Shown: positions 8,566 to 16,679 of the stretch, piece after piece | Layout of the letters: the number at the start of each line of letters is the position of its first letter | How positions within the stretch are numbered: the first letter of the stretch is position 1 | Virus record (IMG/VR): IMGVR_UViG_3300033066_002227 | Strand: one strand, 5' to 3' | Origin: an uncultured virus (IMG/VR IMGVR_UViG_3300033066_002227) | Taxonomy: Duplodnaviria; Heunggongvirae; Uroviricota; Caudoviricetes | Length of the DNA: 20,000 bases | Translations under genes and position numbers: made by a program | Notes under the pieces: generated by a model | The model's input: only the letters and a program-made list of their open reading frames with translations | Told to the model about the DNA's origin: nothing | Database searches by the model: none

Positions 8566-9114
8566 GTTAAAATAAAAATAACACAAGATATCAAAGATTT
8601 TGTGGCTAAGTTTGCAGAGAAACAAAATATTGGTGGATTTTCAAATCTCAAGAAATTTGATTTAAACAAAGCGTCAAGGTTAGATTTTCAATATACAGGT
8701 CTTTATGGTGAGGCTGCCTGGTATTTATGGAGACATGGCTCTATAGAAAAATTAGAAACTCTTTTATTAGAAAAAGAAACTGAGTTTAAAAATACCAAAA
8801 AAGGCGATAATGGTTTAGATGCTATTATAAACTTCAATGGCATTGACAAACAAGTTGATATTAAATCTTCTTATGTTGATAAAGAAGAAAAAATTAATAC
8901 ACTAAACCTTGTTGTACCAGAACGTGAATATCATGACGATCAAATATATGTTGGAGCATTTACAATAGGTAAATCTCGTAAAGACATAGATGAAGTGGTA
9001 TTAAAAGGTTGGTGTCTAACTGAAGATATAAAAGATCGTTGGCACTACGATAGATCAAAGTATGCCGTTAAATCAAAAGATTTAAAAGATATGGATTTGC
9101 TAAAAAAAGAGTAA
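8563..9114 (+). CDS. Putative PD-(D/E)XK (restriction-endonuclease-like) nuclease
   Basis: G..GE helix (GLYGEAAW), D..D (GDNGLD) and VDIKSS match the E...D...(D/E)xK pattern. Start moved from GTG 8557 to ATG 8563 on RBS spacing. Confidence 0.55.
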   Translation: MVKIKITQDIKDFVAKFAEKQNIGGFSNLKKFDLNKASRLDFQYTGLYGEAAWYLWRHGSIEKLETLLLEKETEFKNTKKGDNGLDAIINFNGIDKQVDIKSSYVDKEEKINTLNLVVPEREYHDDQIYVGAFTIGKSRKDIDEVVLKGWCLTEDIKDRWHYDRSKYAVKSKDLKDMDLLKKE

Positions 9115-9116
9115 AT

Positions 9117-9986
9117 ATGAAAATTGTTTATGGAACATTTCCTGAAAAAGTATTATTTGTATATGATAAAAATAAAGATAAAAATGGTTTTTATGACACT
9201 TATGTTACTTCTATTAACAAAGCACCATTTAATAATGGAATTTATAATACAAAAGAATTTGAAAATGTTCCATTAGAAAATGTAAAATTAAAAATAAACC
9301 CAGAAATAAATTTGTATTGCGCTATTATTAATAATAAATTTTCTATTAAATTAGGTCCAGATTTCATTCAAGAAGTTGTTGAAAATGAAGGAATTTCCAA
9401 TTCTATTATTAGATCTAAAATTACATTTGGACAGTTTGCAAAAAGCGTTAGGCCAATTCGTGCTGGGTCAGAATTAGAAAAAGCTTTTAAGAAATTTTCT
9501 AAAGCAGACCCAGTTTCTATTTTAGAACCTAATACAATTTATATTAACAAAAAACGTGAATCTGTATTATATTTGGGCGAATTCTATACAACAGTTTATA
9601 GAACAGATTTTCTGCCAAAAACTGGCGAGGTTAATGCAAATATTGATTGCAATCAAATTAAAAAAATAAATGCTTTTATAAGTCTTAAGTTTTTTGAATT
9701 TAATTTTAAAGAAGACCCAAATCCCCCATTATGGCGACTATATCATAATATAGATTCAATTAGAATTGATTCTAAAATGAATTTACTTGTAAAAGTACAA
9801 ACAGTTGATAAAGTTTATATAGAAAACTTAAATAAATCTTTACAAGAACATTTAGTTTATAATTTAAATTATAAACATAATCCTTATGAAAATTATGATT
9901 TTTCACCAGCTATTATGCTTTATAATAGATCATTAGACAAAAATAATGTAGTGGATAAATATAAAAAACTAAAAATGCTTTTATGA
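9117..9986 (+). CDS. Hypothetical protein, KK-x5 tag (YKKLKMLL*)
   Basis: 289-aa ORF, the largest tagged protein. ATGA overlap with the primase. Confidence 0.75.
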   Translation: MKIVYGTFPEKVLFVYDKNKDKNGFYDTYVTSINKAPFNNGIYNTKEFENVPLENVKLKINPEINLYCAIINNKFSIKLGPDFIQEVVENEGISNSIIRSKITFGQFAKSVRPIRAGSELEKAFKKFSKADPVSILEPNTIYINKKRESVLYLGEFYTTVYRTDFLPKTGEVNANIDCNQIKKINAFISLKFFEFNFKEDPNPPLWRLYHNIDSIRIDSKMNLLVKVQTVDKVYIENLNKSLQEHLVYNLNYKHNPYENYDFSPAIMLYNRSLDKNNVVDKYKKLKMLL

Positions 9987-10732
9987 TTTCAAATAATTTT
10001 ATTAATGGGTTAAAAAACCTTCTATTTAATATAGAAGAGTCTAAAAAAGAAAGAGAGTATATTCTGTCAAGAATATCTCTTGAATCTATTAATGAATTTT
10101 CATTTGGCTATTTGCCTGACCCTTCAAACTTTAGTTTATTATTTTCTTTCATTAATAAAAAAGATATTATTGACACTAAAGTCTTTTATGATAAATTCAT
10201 AAAAGAATTGCCACCAAGAATAGAAAAAGGCTCAATATTAAAAAATTATACCTTAACTGTTCCATATTACGATTTATATAATAATCCAGTTGCCTTAGTT
10301 GGTAGAACATTATTAGATTATAATACTTTGGAAATTCCAAAATATAAAAACACATCATTTCAAAAAACAAAACATTTATTTGGTTTAAATAAATCTAAAT
10401 ATGAGATTTTGAAAAATGATCTGGTGTTTATTGTTGAAGGACAACTTGATATGATTAAGATGTGGGAAAAAGGTATTAAAAACGTTGTGGCGGTTGGTTC
10501 TTCGTCCTTGACTTCATATCAGCTAGGATTAATTCTTAGACTTACCAAGAACGCTTGTTTAACATTTGATAACGATGTAGCAGGCATCGAAGGGGCGTCA
10601 CGAGCCCAAGAGAAGTTTATTAGCTCAGGTGCCAACTTTACAATGGCTACATTTCCCAATGGTTATAAAGATCCTTTTGAGTTCTTTGAAAGTAATTCTA
10701 AAGAAGATTTCCTGGAGTTTAATAAGCTATGA
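9983..10732 (+). CDS. dnaG: DnaG-type DNA primase catalytic core (TOPRIM), no zinc-binding domain
   Basis: FGY.P, GRTL...PKYKNT...K..HLFGL, VFIVEGQLD, VVAVGSS, LTFDNDVAG, GYKDP. Confidence 0.9.
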   Translation: MISNNFINGLKNLLFNIEESKKEREYILSRISLESINEFSFGYLPDPSNFSLLFSFINKKDIIDTKVFYDKFIKELPPRIEKGSILKNYTLTVPYYDLYNNPVALVGRTLLDYNTLEIPKYKNTSFQKTKHLFGLNKSKYEILKNDLVFIVEGQLDMIKMWEKGIKNVVAVGSSSLTSYQLGLILRLTKNACLTFDNDVAGIEGASRAQEKFISSGANFTMATFPNGYKDPFEFFESNSKEDFLEFNKL

Positions 10733-11139
10733 AAAAAAGAAAATCAGGATTATGTGCTAATGTCGATTTTCCAGAATTATATTTTCTCTCTAAAAGAATT
10801 AAATATGTATATGATAAACATCATGTAGATTGTTATCTTTATAATTTAAATTATAAAGATATAAAAATTCTTTCTAAAAGAACAGATATTATTAGAAATA
10901 AAACTTGTAGCAATAATTGTTATTTTTGCTTTTTTATAAACAATAAATGCTTTAATTTTTCAGCACCAATGTTTATAACAAAAAATAAAGGTGTTGAATA
11001 TGTAAATCCAATTTACATTAAATTGTGTATTGATGAAGGTGTACAATCTTTTAAATTTCCAAAAAATATAAATTTACGATTTGATTTAGTTGAAGATAAA
11101 TATAAAAAGCTTTTATTATTAATGGATAATATTACTTAA
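10729..11139 (+). CDS. Hypothetical protein with extended KK tag (YKKLLLLMDNIT*)
   Basis: 136-aa Cys-containing ORF. Its stop overlaps the convergent gene's stop (TTAA 11136-11139). Confidence 0.65.
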   Translation: MKKRKSGLCANVDFPELYFLSKRIKYVYDKHHVDCYLYNLNYKDIKILSKRTDIIRNKTCSNNCYFCFFINNKCFNFSAPMFITKNKGVEYVNPIYIKLCIDEGVQSFKFPKNINLRFDLVEDKYKKLLLLMDNIT

Positions 11140-11687
11140 TCGCAATAGTTCATTTTAGATATAGGACACTTATATAAGTCGCAAAATTGAAAAAGATCTT
11201 CATATGTAAGACAGTCGCTTCCCTTGTTTAAATAAGGATTCATTACAGAATAATCTCTTGCCAAATGACGTAAATGTAATACATGTCCTAATTCATGAAT
11301 TATTGTTCTCTCAAAGAACCCCGTTGGTATTAAGTCTCTTACTATTAAGATGCGCCAACCCCAAGTTTCTTTTAAAGCATATCCTGTAAATTGTTGATTA
11401 TTAACTTCATTGATAAAGTTAACCTCGCTATCGTCTGAATGAGTTTTTTGCAAATAAACAATTTGCTCTGTATTCTTCATACTTGAAGTAAAAGACACAA
11501 TTTTATTTGTGCCTCTTTCCCATTCTTGCACAGCTTTATAAATTTGATCTTTTTCAAAATCATTAAAAGAGTCATCAATTAATAATGTAATTAATTGAGC
11601 TCTTACAATATTTTCCTTAATATTAAAGAAACTATTTCCAATTAGCGTTGATAATATCAGAACTAAGATTGGAAATAGTTTTTTCAT
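11136..11687 (-). CDS. Secreted or membrane-anchored zinc metalloprotease (metzincin, matrixin-like)
   Basis: N-terminal MKK plus hydrophobic segment, HELGHVLHLRH (HExxHxxxxxH), Met-turn SVMNP. Confidence 0.85.
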   Translation of the reverse strand: MKKLFPILVLILSTLIGNSFFNIKENIVRAQLITLLIDDSFNDFEKDQIYKAVQEWERGTNKIVSFTSSMKNTEQIVYLQKTHSDDSEVNFINEVNNQQFTGYALKETWGWRILIVRDLIPTGFFERTIIHELGHVLHLRHLARDYSVMNPYLNKGSDCLTYEDLFQFCDLYKCPISKMNYCD

Positions 11688-12526
11688 TGTTTGGAATACT
11701 CAAAGATTTTGGCTATTAAGCTTTCAGCATCAAATGACTCTTCTGGAGTCAAATCTAATGCTGGTGGTAAGCTATTAAAATCAACAGCAGTAGTTGGATC
11801 ATTTAGGCGCATCTTGCAAAGATTCTTTAAATCCTCTTCTGAACCATAAAATACATTAAAATCAGAATCTACTCCACCAGGTAAAACTAATCCCTTATCT
11901 CCGTCAAATTGCCAAAATAACTGTTTTTTATTTTGTTTGGCCCAAGGTGCAGGCAAAGTTGGTTGCATTTTTAAAATTTGATCTAAGGCTCCCAAATAAT
12001 CCAATGAATCTTTTACTGATACTCTTGGATATGCAGCATGCCAATATAGTTTATTAGCTAAATCTGGAGCGTCTAAGTTATTACAATATCCTTGCCAATA
12101 CCAGCTGCCAGAATATATAATACAAGGCTTATTAGTTCTGAATTCAATTAATTCAACAATTTTTCTTAAATGATTAATTAAAGCTTCGCCTCTTAATGCA
12201 ATGTTTGGCTCTTCAAAATCAACGCATAAAGGTAAATCATCAGCTGTCCAACCTATTTTCTCAGCATTGTTTAAAAAATAATTAACCTGCTCCTCAGGTT
12301 TATCGCCAGTAATCCAATGATATAAACCCCTGGTTAATTTGCCTTCCATTAGCTTCCAGTTTAATGGAGCTGCTGGATCCGCGCTCCATTTTCCATGGGT
12401 ACATTTGCCAACAGCAAATTTAATATTATTATTGCATAGCAAATCCCAATTCAATGGGTCAAATTTTCCATCATTATTCAAATCACGTAATTGCCACTTT
12501 GCGTAGTCTATTCCTAAAAGAGTCAT
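11684..12526 (-). CDS. GH25 family lysozyme (muramidase), probable endolysin
   Basis: LGIDYAKWQ, RGLYHW, catalytic DxE (VDFE), IIYSG, LYWHAAY, FWQF, GVDSDFN. Confidence 0.9.
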   Translation of the reverse strand: MTLLGIDYAKWQLRDLNNDGKFDPLNWDLLCNNNIKFAVGKCTHGKWSADPAAPLNWKLMEGKLTRGLYHWITGDKPEEQVNYFLNNAEKIGWTADDLPLCVDFEEPNIALRGEALINHLRKIVELIEFRTNKPCIIYSGSWYWQGYCNNLDAPDLANKLYWHAAYPRVSVKDSLDYLGALDQILKMQPTLPAPWAKQNKKQLFWQFDGDKGLVLPGGVDSDFNVFYGSEEDLKNLCKMRLNDPTTAVDFNSLPPALDLTPEESFDAESLIAKIFEYSKQ

Positions 12527-12557
12527 GTTAATATGCCAAATTCTACCAATATTGTAA

Positions 12558-12584
12558 TTTAAGAAAGCTTTAATGTTATTATGA
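12558..12584 (+). repeat. Orphan copy of the KK-x5 tag sequence with no gene body
   Basis: TTT AAG AAA GCT TTA ATG TTA TTA TGA (FKKALMLL*) is preceded directly by in-frame TAA (12555-12557). Its TGA overlaps ATG 12581. Confidence 0.65.
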
Positions 12585-12826
12585 AAATACTATATAGTAC
12601 AATTCCATTAATTTCTAATTGTTATCATAATAGTTGGATACATGATACTCCTAGCAGTAATCCAAGTATAAGAGAAAATTTAGGAAGTTATATAAAGTAC
12701 TTAATTGAAGATGGCCTAGATATGCATTTTAGAATTTTTGAAAATGTATTTGATGATAATAATGTTTTAAAATATACTAATGAAGTAGACCCTGCAATAA
12801 TAAAAAAGATTATAATATTATTATGA
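12581..12826 (+). CDS. Hypothetical protein, KK-x5 tag (IKKIIILL*)
   Basis: 81 aa. MKILYS start and E.V....IKK end. Confidence 0.75.
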   Translation: MKILYSTIPLISNCYHNSWIHDTPSSNPSIRENLGSYIKYLIEDGLDMHFRIFENVFDDNNVLKYTNEVDPAIIKKIIILL

Positions 12827-13047
12827 ATATAATATACTCAGTTTTTCCAGATTTATCTCATACAGAAGCTATTGATAGGATTCCATCAAATGCATTTAAT
12901 TTATTATCCTATATTAATACAGGAGTGCCAGAATCATTTTTAGCAGGAAAAATTAAAATTTATCGTTATGAATTTGATGAATTTAAAATTCTTAAAAGAG
13001 AACAAGTTTCTATTAGGGAAATTAAGAAAGTAATGCTTTTATTATGA
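12823..13047 (+). CDS. Hypothetical protein, KK-x5 tag (IKKVMLLL*)
   Basis: 74 aa. MNIIYS start, L.SYI shared with the previous ORF, ATGA coupling. Confidence 0.75.
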   Translation: MNIIYSVFPDLSHTEAIDRIPSNAFNLLSYINTGVPESFLAGKIKIYRYEFDEFKILKREQVSIREIKKVMLLL

Positions 13048-13313
13048 GTAATGTAATTTATAAAACTTATATTATTGGATTTATTGGTGAAGAAAATAAA
13101 ATTCTTCATGTTAATTCTTATTTGGAAAGAGTTAAAAACTACCCTGAGGCGTCAAGTTTGCTTGGTTTTCTAAATTTAATAGAAGACTTGCACTATATAA
13201 AACATAGGTTTTCTTATGACGAAATTCTCTGTATTATTTTTAATGTTACTAAAATTATTAAAGTGGAAAAAGTTCCAGCTTCTCAAGTAAAGAAAGCGAG
13301 AATGCTGTTATGA
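13044..13313 (+). CDS. Hypothetical protein, KK-x5 tag (VKKARMLL*)
   Basis: 89 aa, ATGA coupling on both sides. Confidence 0.75.
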   Translation: MSNVIYKTYIIGFIGEENKILHVNSYLERVKNYPEASSLLGFLNLIEDLHYIKHRFSYDEILCIIFNVTKIIKVEKVPASQVKKARMLL

Positions 13314-13630
13314 ATTTAAAAAAGTTTTATTTAAGTGGATATAGTTTTGAAAATTATTCATTTATTACAATAGAAGATTTTATTTCTAAAAATAAACAAT
13401 ATGAATTTAGATCAAATCTATTGCTTTTTTTAAATCATTATATAAGAACTACAAATAGAAGGAGTTTATCTTCATATTTAAACGCACTATCAAAATCAAA
13501 TTATATTATTAAATCTTTTATTAATGGCGATTATGTCATATATAAAGCTTATTTAGGTCAAAATAATGACGTGGTTTCTTTTGAAATGGTTAATTATAAT
13601 TTAATTAAGAAAATTCTAATGATGAGATAA
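13310..13630 (+). CDS. Hypothetical protein, KK-x5 tag (IKKILMMR*)
   Basis: 106 aa. Last gene of this array, convergent with the HTH gene. Confidence 0.75.
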   Translation: MNLKKFYLSGYSFENYSFITIEDFISKNKQYEFRSNLLLFLNHYIRTTNRRSLSSYLNALSKSNYIIKSFINGDYVIYKAYLGQNNDVVSFEMVNYNLIKKILMMR

Positions 13631-13631
13631 T

Positions 13632-14072
13632 TTACCATTCATCTTCGCGGATTTCTTTAATTCTATTGAAGATTTCCTGAATTTTCGCATCTGTTTCAAT
13701 TAGTTTCATAATTTTCTTTTTGGAACCACCATAAATCTTTTTGCCATTTTTATAATCAACATTGCCATTAATGGCTTTAGTGATAGAAGACTGATTTATG
13801 CCAAGTTTTTTAGCTATTTCTGATTGAGTCCAACCCTTGGCATATAATTCTAAAATTTCAGCTTGTCTTGAAGTAAGGTTAGCAAAAATTAAGCGCCAAA
13901 CTTCTTCCTTAAGCTTATCCTTTAATTCCTCTATTTCCTCATTATAAGCAAATGGATTTAGTTTTTTATATATAGAGTCGTCATTTGAGAATGCCTCAAG
14001 CATATCATGTGAACAAACTCTTTCTAATAATAAATGCTGATATTTATCGCTGCGGTTGGCCCTAATTCCCAT
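13632..14072 (-). CDS. Sigma-70 region 4 / LuxR-type helix-turn-helix protein
   Basis: LTSRQAEILELYAKGWTQSEIAKKLGINQSSITKAING. At 146 aa it lacks a recognisable sigma region 2. Confidence 0.8.
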   Translation of the reverse strand: MGIRANRSDKYQHLLLERVCSHDMLEAFSNDDSIYKKLNPFAYNEEIEELKDKLKEEVWRLIFANLTSRQAEILELYAKGWTQSEIAKKLGINQSSITKAINGNVDYKNGKKIYGGSKKKIMKLIETDAKIQEIFNRIKEIREDEW

Positions 14073-14167
14073 GTTTTATAAATATATTTGTTGATTGTTA
14101 ATAAGCACGAGCACTAATAATTGCATTATACAAAATTAACACTCATGCTTATAATATAACAATCAAA

Positions 14168-15130
14168 TTAAGAATTTACTTTTGAGGTTTTTTGCAAAAT
14201 GCTTTCAACATCTATATTGATAGATTTTAAATATTCTTTTTTATCATTAATTCTATTATTAATAGGCTCATGATAAATTTTCTTCTCTTCTAAACTTTTA
14301 GTTCTGTGGCAACAAACGCATAAATTTTGACATTTATCAAGTTCATTAACCACATCTTCAAAAGAATATTTTGAATGAGAAACCATATTTGCAAGAGTAT
14401 CTATTTTACTACTATGATCAATATGATCTAATTCATTTGCCCACCAACCATAATAATTATTGCAAATTGCACAAGGTGAACTTTTCTTCCAAATTGTTGC
14501 AAAATGTTTGTCATTATCAATGCATTTAAAATTTGGATTACTAAGATTTTTAAATGTCTCTTTTTTATGACAAATAGCGCATAATAATCTACATTTTTCT
14601 ATTTCTGCTGAAATAACTTCCCAAGTATAACCTTGTAATATTAGTTTTGCCACACCTAATGTTTCTTTACCATTTCGATATTTTGTAGATGGATCTATAT
14701 GATCCCAGTCCATTGCTTCTGGTGAGAATTTAGCAGAGCATATTGCACAACATAATGATTTTTTTAATTCATTATTTCTTTGTTTATTTTCTTTACGTTT
14801 CAAATTTATTTGAATTGATTTTCTAGCTCGATTTTTTTCCTTATTTTTATGATCAGATTTTTGCTTAATTTTATTATTACAAGCATTGCATTTTGCACGA
14901 TATCCATCAGCATAAGCCACATCTTTTTGAAAATTTGCAATTGGTTGAAGTTGATTTTTTAAAATACAATCAGGATTTTTACATATTTTTTCAGTAATAT
15001 TATAAATCATATTACTTTTATTATTTAACCTTTTTTGTCTTTTAAGTTTTATACATACTTTACATTGAGTTTTATTTGTAAAAAATTCTGTTAATTCTTT
15101 ATTATTACCACAATTAGTACATGTTTTCAT
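14168..15130 (-). CDS. HNH-family endonuclease with two tandem HNH-like domains and N-terminal zinc fingers
   Basis: Repeat 1: CAICS...MDWDHIDPSTK...EIEKCRLLCAICH. Repeat 2: CAICN...ELDHIDHSSK...ELDKCQNLCVCCH. N-terminal CxxC pairs. Start set at ATG 15130 after an AAGG RBS (alternative 15160). Confidence 0.8.
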   Translation of the reverse strand: MKTCTNCGNNKELTEFFTNKTQCKVCIKLKRQKRLNNKSNMIYNITEKICKNPDCILKNQLQPIANFQKDVAYADGYRAKCNACNNKIKQKSDHKNKEKNRARKSIQINLKRKENKQRNNELKKSLCCAICSAKFSPEAMDWDHIDPSTKYRNGKETLGVAKLILQGYTWEVISAEIEKCRLLCAICHKKETFKNLSNPNFKCIDNDKHFATIWKKSSPCAICNNYYGWWANELDHIDHSSKIDTLANMVSHSKYSFEDVVNELDKCQNLCVCCHRTKSLEEKKIYHEPINNRINDKKEYLKSINIDVESILQKTSKVNS

Positions 15131-15134
15131 AGTT

Positions 15135-15446
15135 TTAGCCTTTATTGTTATTTCTTGCATAAGCTTCTTTTTTTAAATCTGATTCACATCCTTTACATAT
15201 GTGTTGCATTTTATCTGGCGAATCTGATTTTTTATTAAACTCTGAATTATTTTTAAGCTCTTTACAACGATTACATGTTTTTTCTTTTACAAAAATTTGT
15301 TCATTAACATATGAAATTTTTCTTTTTTGCTCTTTATCTTTTCTGCAATAATTACAATATTTATAAAGATAACCAGTTTTTTTAATTTTATAAAAATCAT
15401 TTTCTGTTAAGTTTTCTCTTGTACATTCTGAACATTTTATACTCAT
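15135..15446 (-). CDS. Cys-rich zinc-finger protein resembling the N-terminal domains of phage HNH endonucleases
   Basis: Two units of CxxC...F....CxxC (CSEC/CNYC; KTCNRCKELK..EF...CKGC). GAGGG RBS upstream on the minus strand. Confidence 0.7.
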   Translation of the reverse strand: MSIKCSECTRENLTENDFYKIKKTGYLYKYCNYCRKDKEQKRKISYVNEQIFVKEKTCNRCKELKNNSEFNKKSDSPDKMQHICKGCESDLKKEAYARNNNKG

Positions 15447-15646
15447 AAAACCCTCTTAAATAAAATTACATATTGACCGTTGGACAGACCACTTGTCGTC
15501 CACGTTCAACCAATATATGACCCGCTTACAACTCTCGTTATTGTTTTAATAATAAAAAATTAAAAAAATAATACAGGCGTGAATCGCTCTGATATAGATT
15601 ACTCCTGTTTAAATCTTAAACTAACTTATAAAAAGTATAAATCTAT

Positions 15647-16069
15647 ATGAAAAATTATAAAATTACACCGTTTGAGTATAAAAAAACAAAGCTATGCCCT
15701 ATCTGTAATTCTAAATTAGAAATAAAACATCATCAAGATTATGACGATGTTAAAAATAAAAGGAAAATATGCAAAGACAAAGGTCATTTATTTTTATTAA
15801 ATAATGAATATGGTGAAAATTATGATCATTTCTATCTGGAAAGGGTTGGTTTAAATAAAACTGTAATTGATTCAAATTATGAATATGATTTTATTTTTTA
15901 TTTTGATAAAAGAATGTTTTTTAAATATAACATCCCAACAGATTCAAATCTTATTTCAGCTAGAACAATATTTGATCTATCAAATAATGAAGATTTAGCA
16001 TTTAGAATACGAGAAGCCATTTTAGACAAAAACGAAAATTTCTTAAAGAAACTATTATTAATATTATGA
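15647..16069 (+). CDS. CPxC zinc-ribbon protein, KK-x5 tag (LKKLLLIL*)
   Basis: CPICNSKL...ICKDKGH. First gene of the array. Confidence 0.8.
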   Translation: MKNYKITPFEYKKTKLCPICNSKLEIKHHQDYDDVKNKRKICKDKGHLFLLNNEYGENYDHFYLERVGLNKTVIDSNYEYDFIFYFDKRMFFKYNIPTDSNLISARTIFDLSNNEDLAFRIREAILDKNENFLKKLLLIL

Positions 16070-16416
16070 ATTTAATTCAAGAATTTGAAAATATAATTAA
16101 TTGCCCAATATGTGATTGCACGCTATCCATTCTAGATAATGGCAGGCCTATAATAAAAAAAATATGTGGGGCAAATAATCATGATTTTATTCTGTGCAGG
16201 GATTTTAAAGTCAATATAATTCAACAAATAAATTATATTAAAACAACAGAAGTCAGCTTAATGGCTATGTATTTTTTACACAGTAATACAACTTCATATA
16301 TCATTTATCTTAAAAACAAAACAAAAACTGTATCTGAAGAAGATTACCAAAGGCTTTATATTTATTTCAAACATAATGACCCTGATAAAATCAAGAAAGT
16401 GTTGATGCTATTATGA
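16066..16416 (+). CDS. CPxC zinc-ribbon protein, KK-x5 tag (IKKVLMLL*)
   Basis: CPICDCTL...ICGANNH. ATGA coupling. Confidence 0.8.
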   Translation: MNLIQEFENIINCPICDCTLSILDNGRPIIKKICGANNHDFILCRDFKVNIIQQINYIKTTEVSLMAMYFLHSNTTSYIIYLKNKTKTVSEEDYQRLYIYFKHNDPDKIKKVLMLL

Positions 16417-16679
16417 AACATATTGTTTATTTTCCAATCTTTACAAGAGATCCTTTTTTTAAATTAACTAAAAAATATTTGCAAAGAAATGCTTTGGAAA
16501 AATACCATGATTCATTATCAAAATGTATTGGAGAATATATTGAGTGTGATTATAAATTTATTGCATGTATGAGATTTTATAAAATTTCATTTGATATAAG
16601 CATCAATTATTTATATGAAAATTTAGAGTGGGAACTGGTTGATAATAAAATTATCAAGAAAGTATTAATGCTATTATGA
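16413..16679 (+). CDS. Hypothetical protein, KK-x5 tag (IKKVLMLL*)
   Basis: 88 aa, no CPxC, ELVDNKIIKK end. Confidence 0.75.
   Translation: MKHIVYFPIFTRDPFFKLTKKYLQRNALEKYHDSLSKCIGEYIECDYKFIACMRFYKISFDISINYLYENLEWELVDNKIIKKVLMLL

Noticed and set aside
15130..15160. Frameshift fusing the zinc-finger ORF to the HNH ORF
   Set aside because: The upstream ORF ends with TAA followed 4 nt later by an ATG (15130) with an AAGG RBS. Two separate genes is the simpler reading.
15579..15650. 23-codon GTG ORF ending YKKYKSI* and overlapping ATG 15647
   Set aside because: KK-x4 spacing and polar residues do not fit the tag, and the ORF is too short to support.
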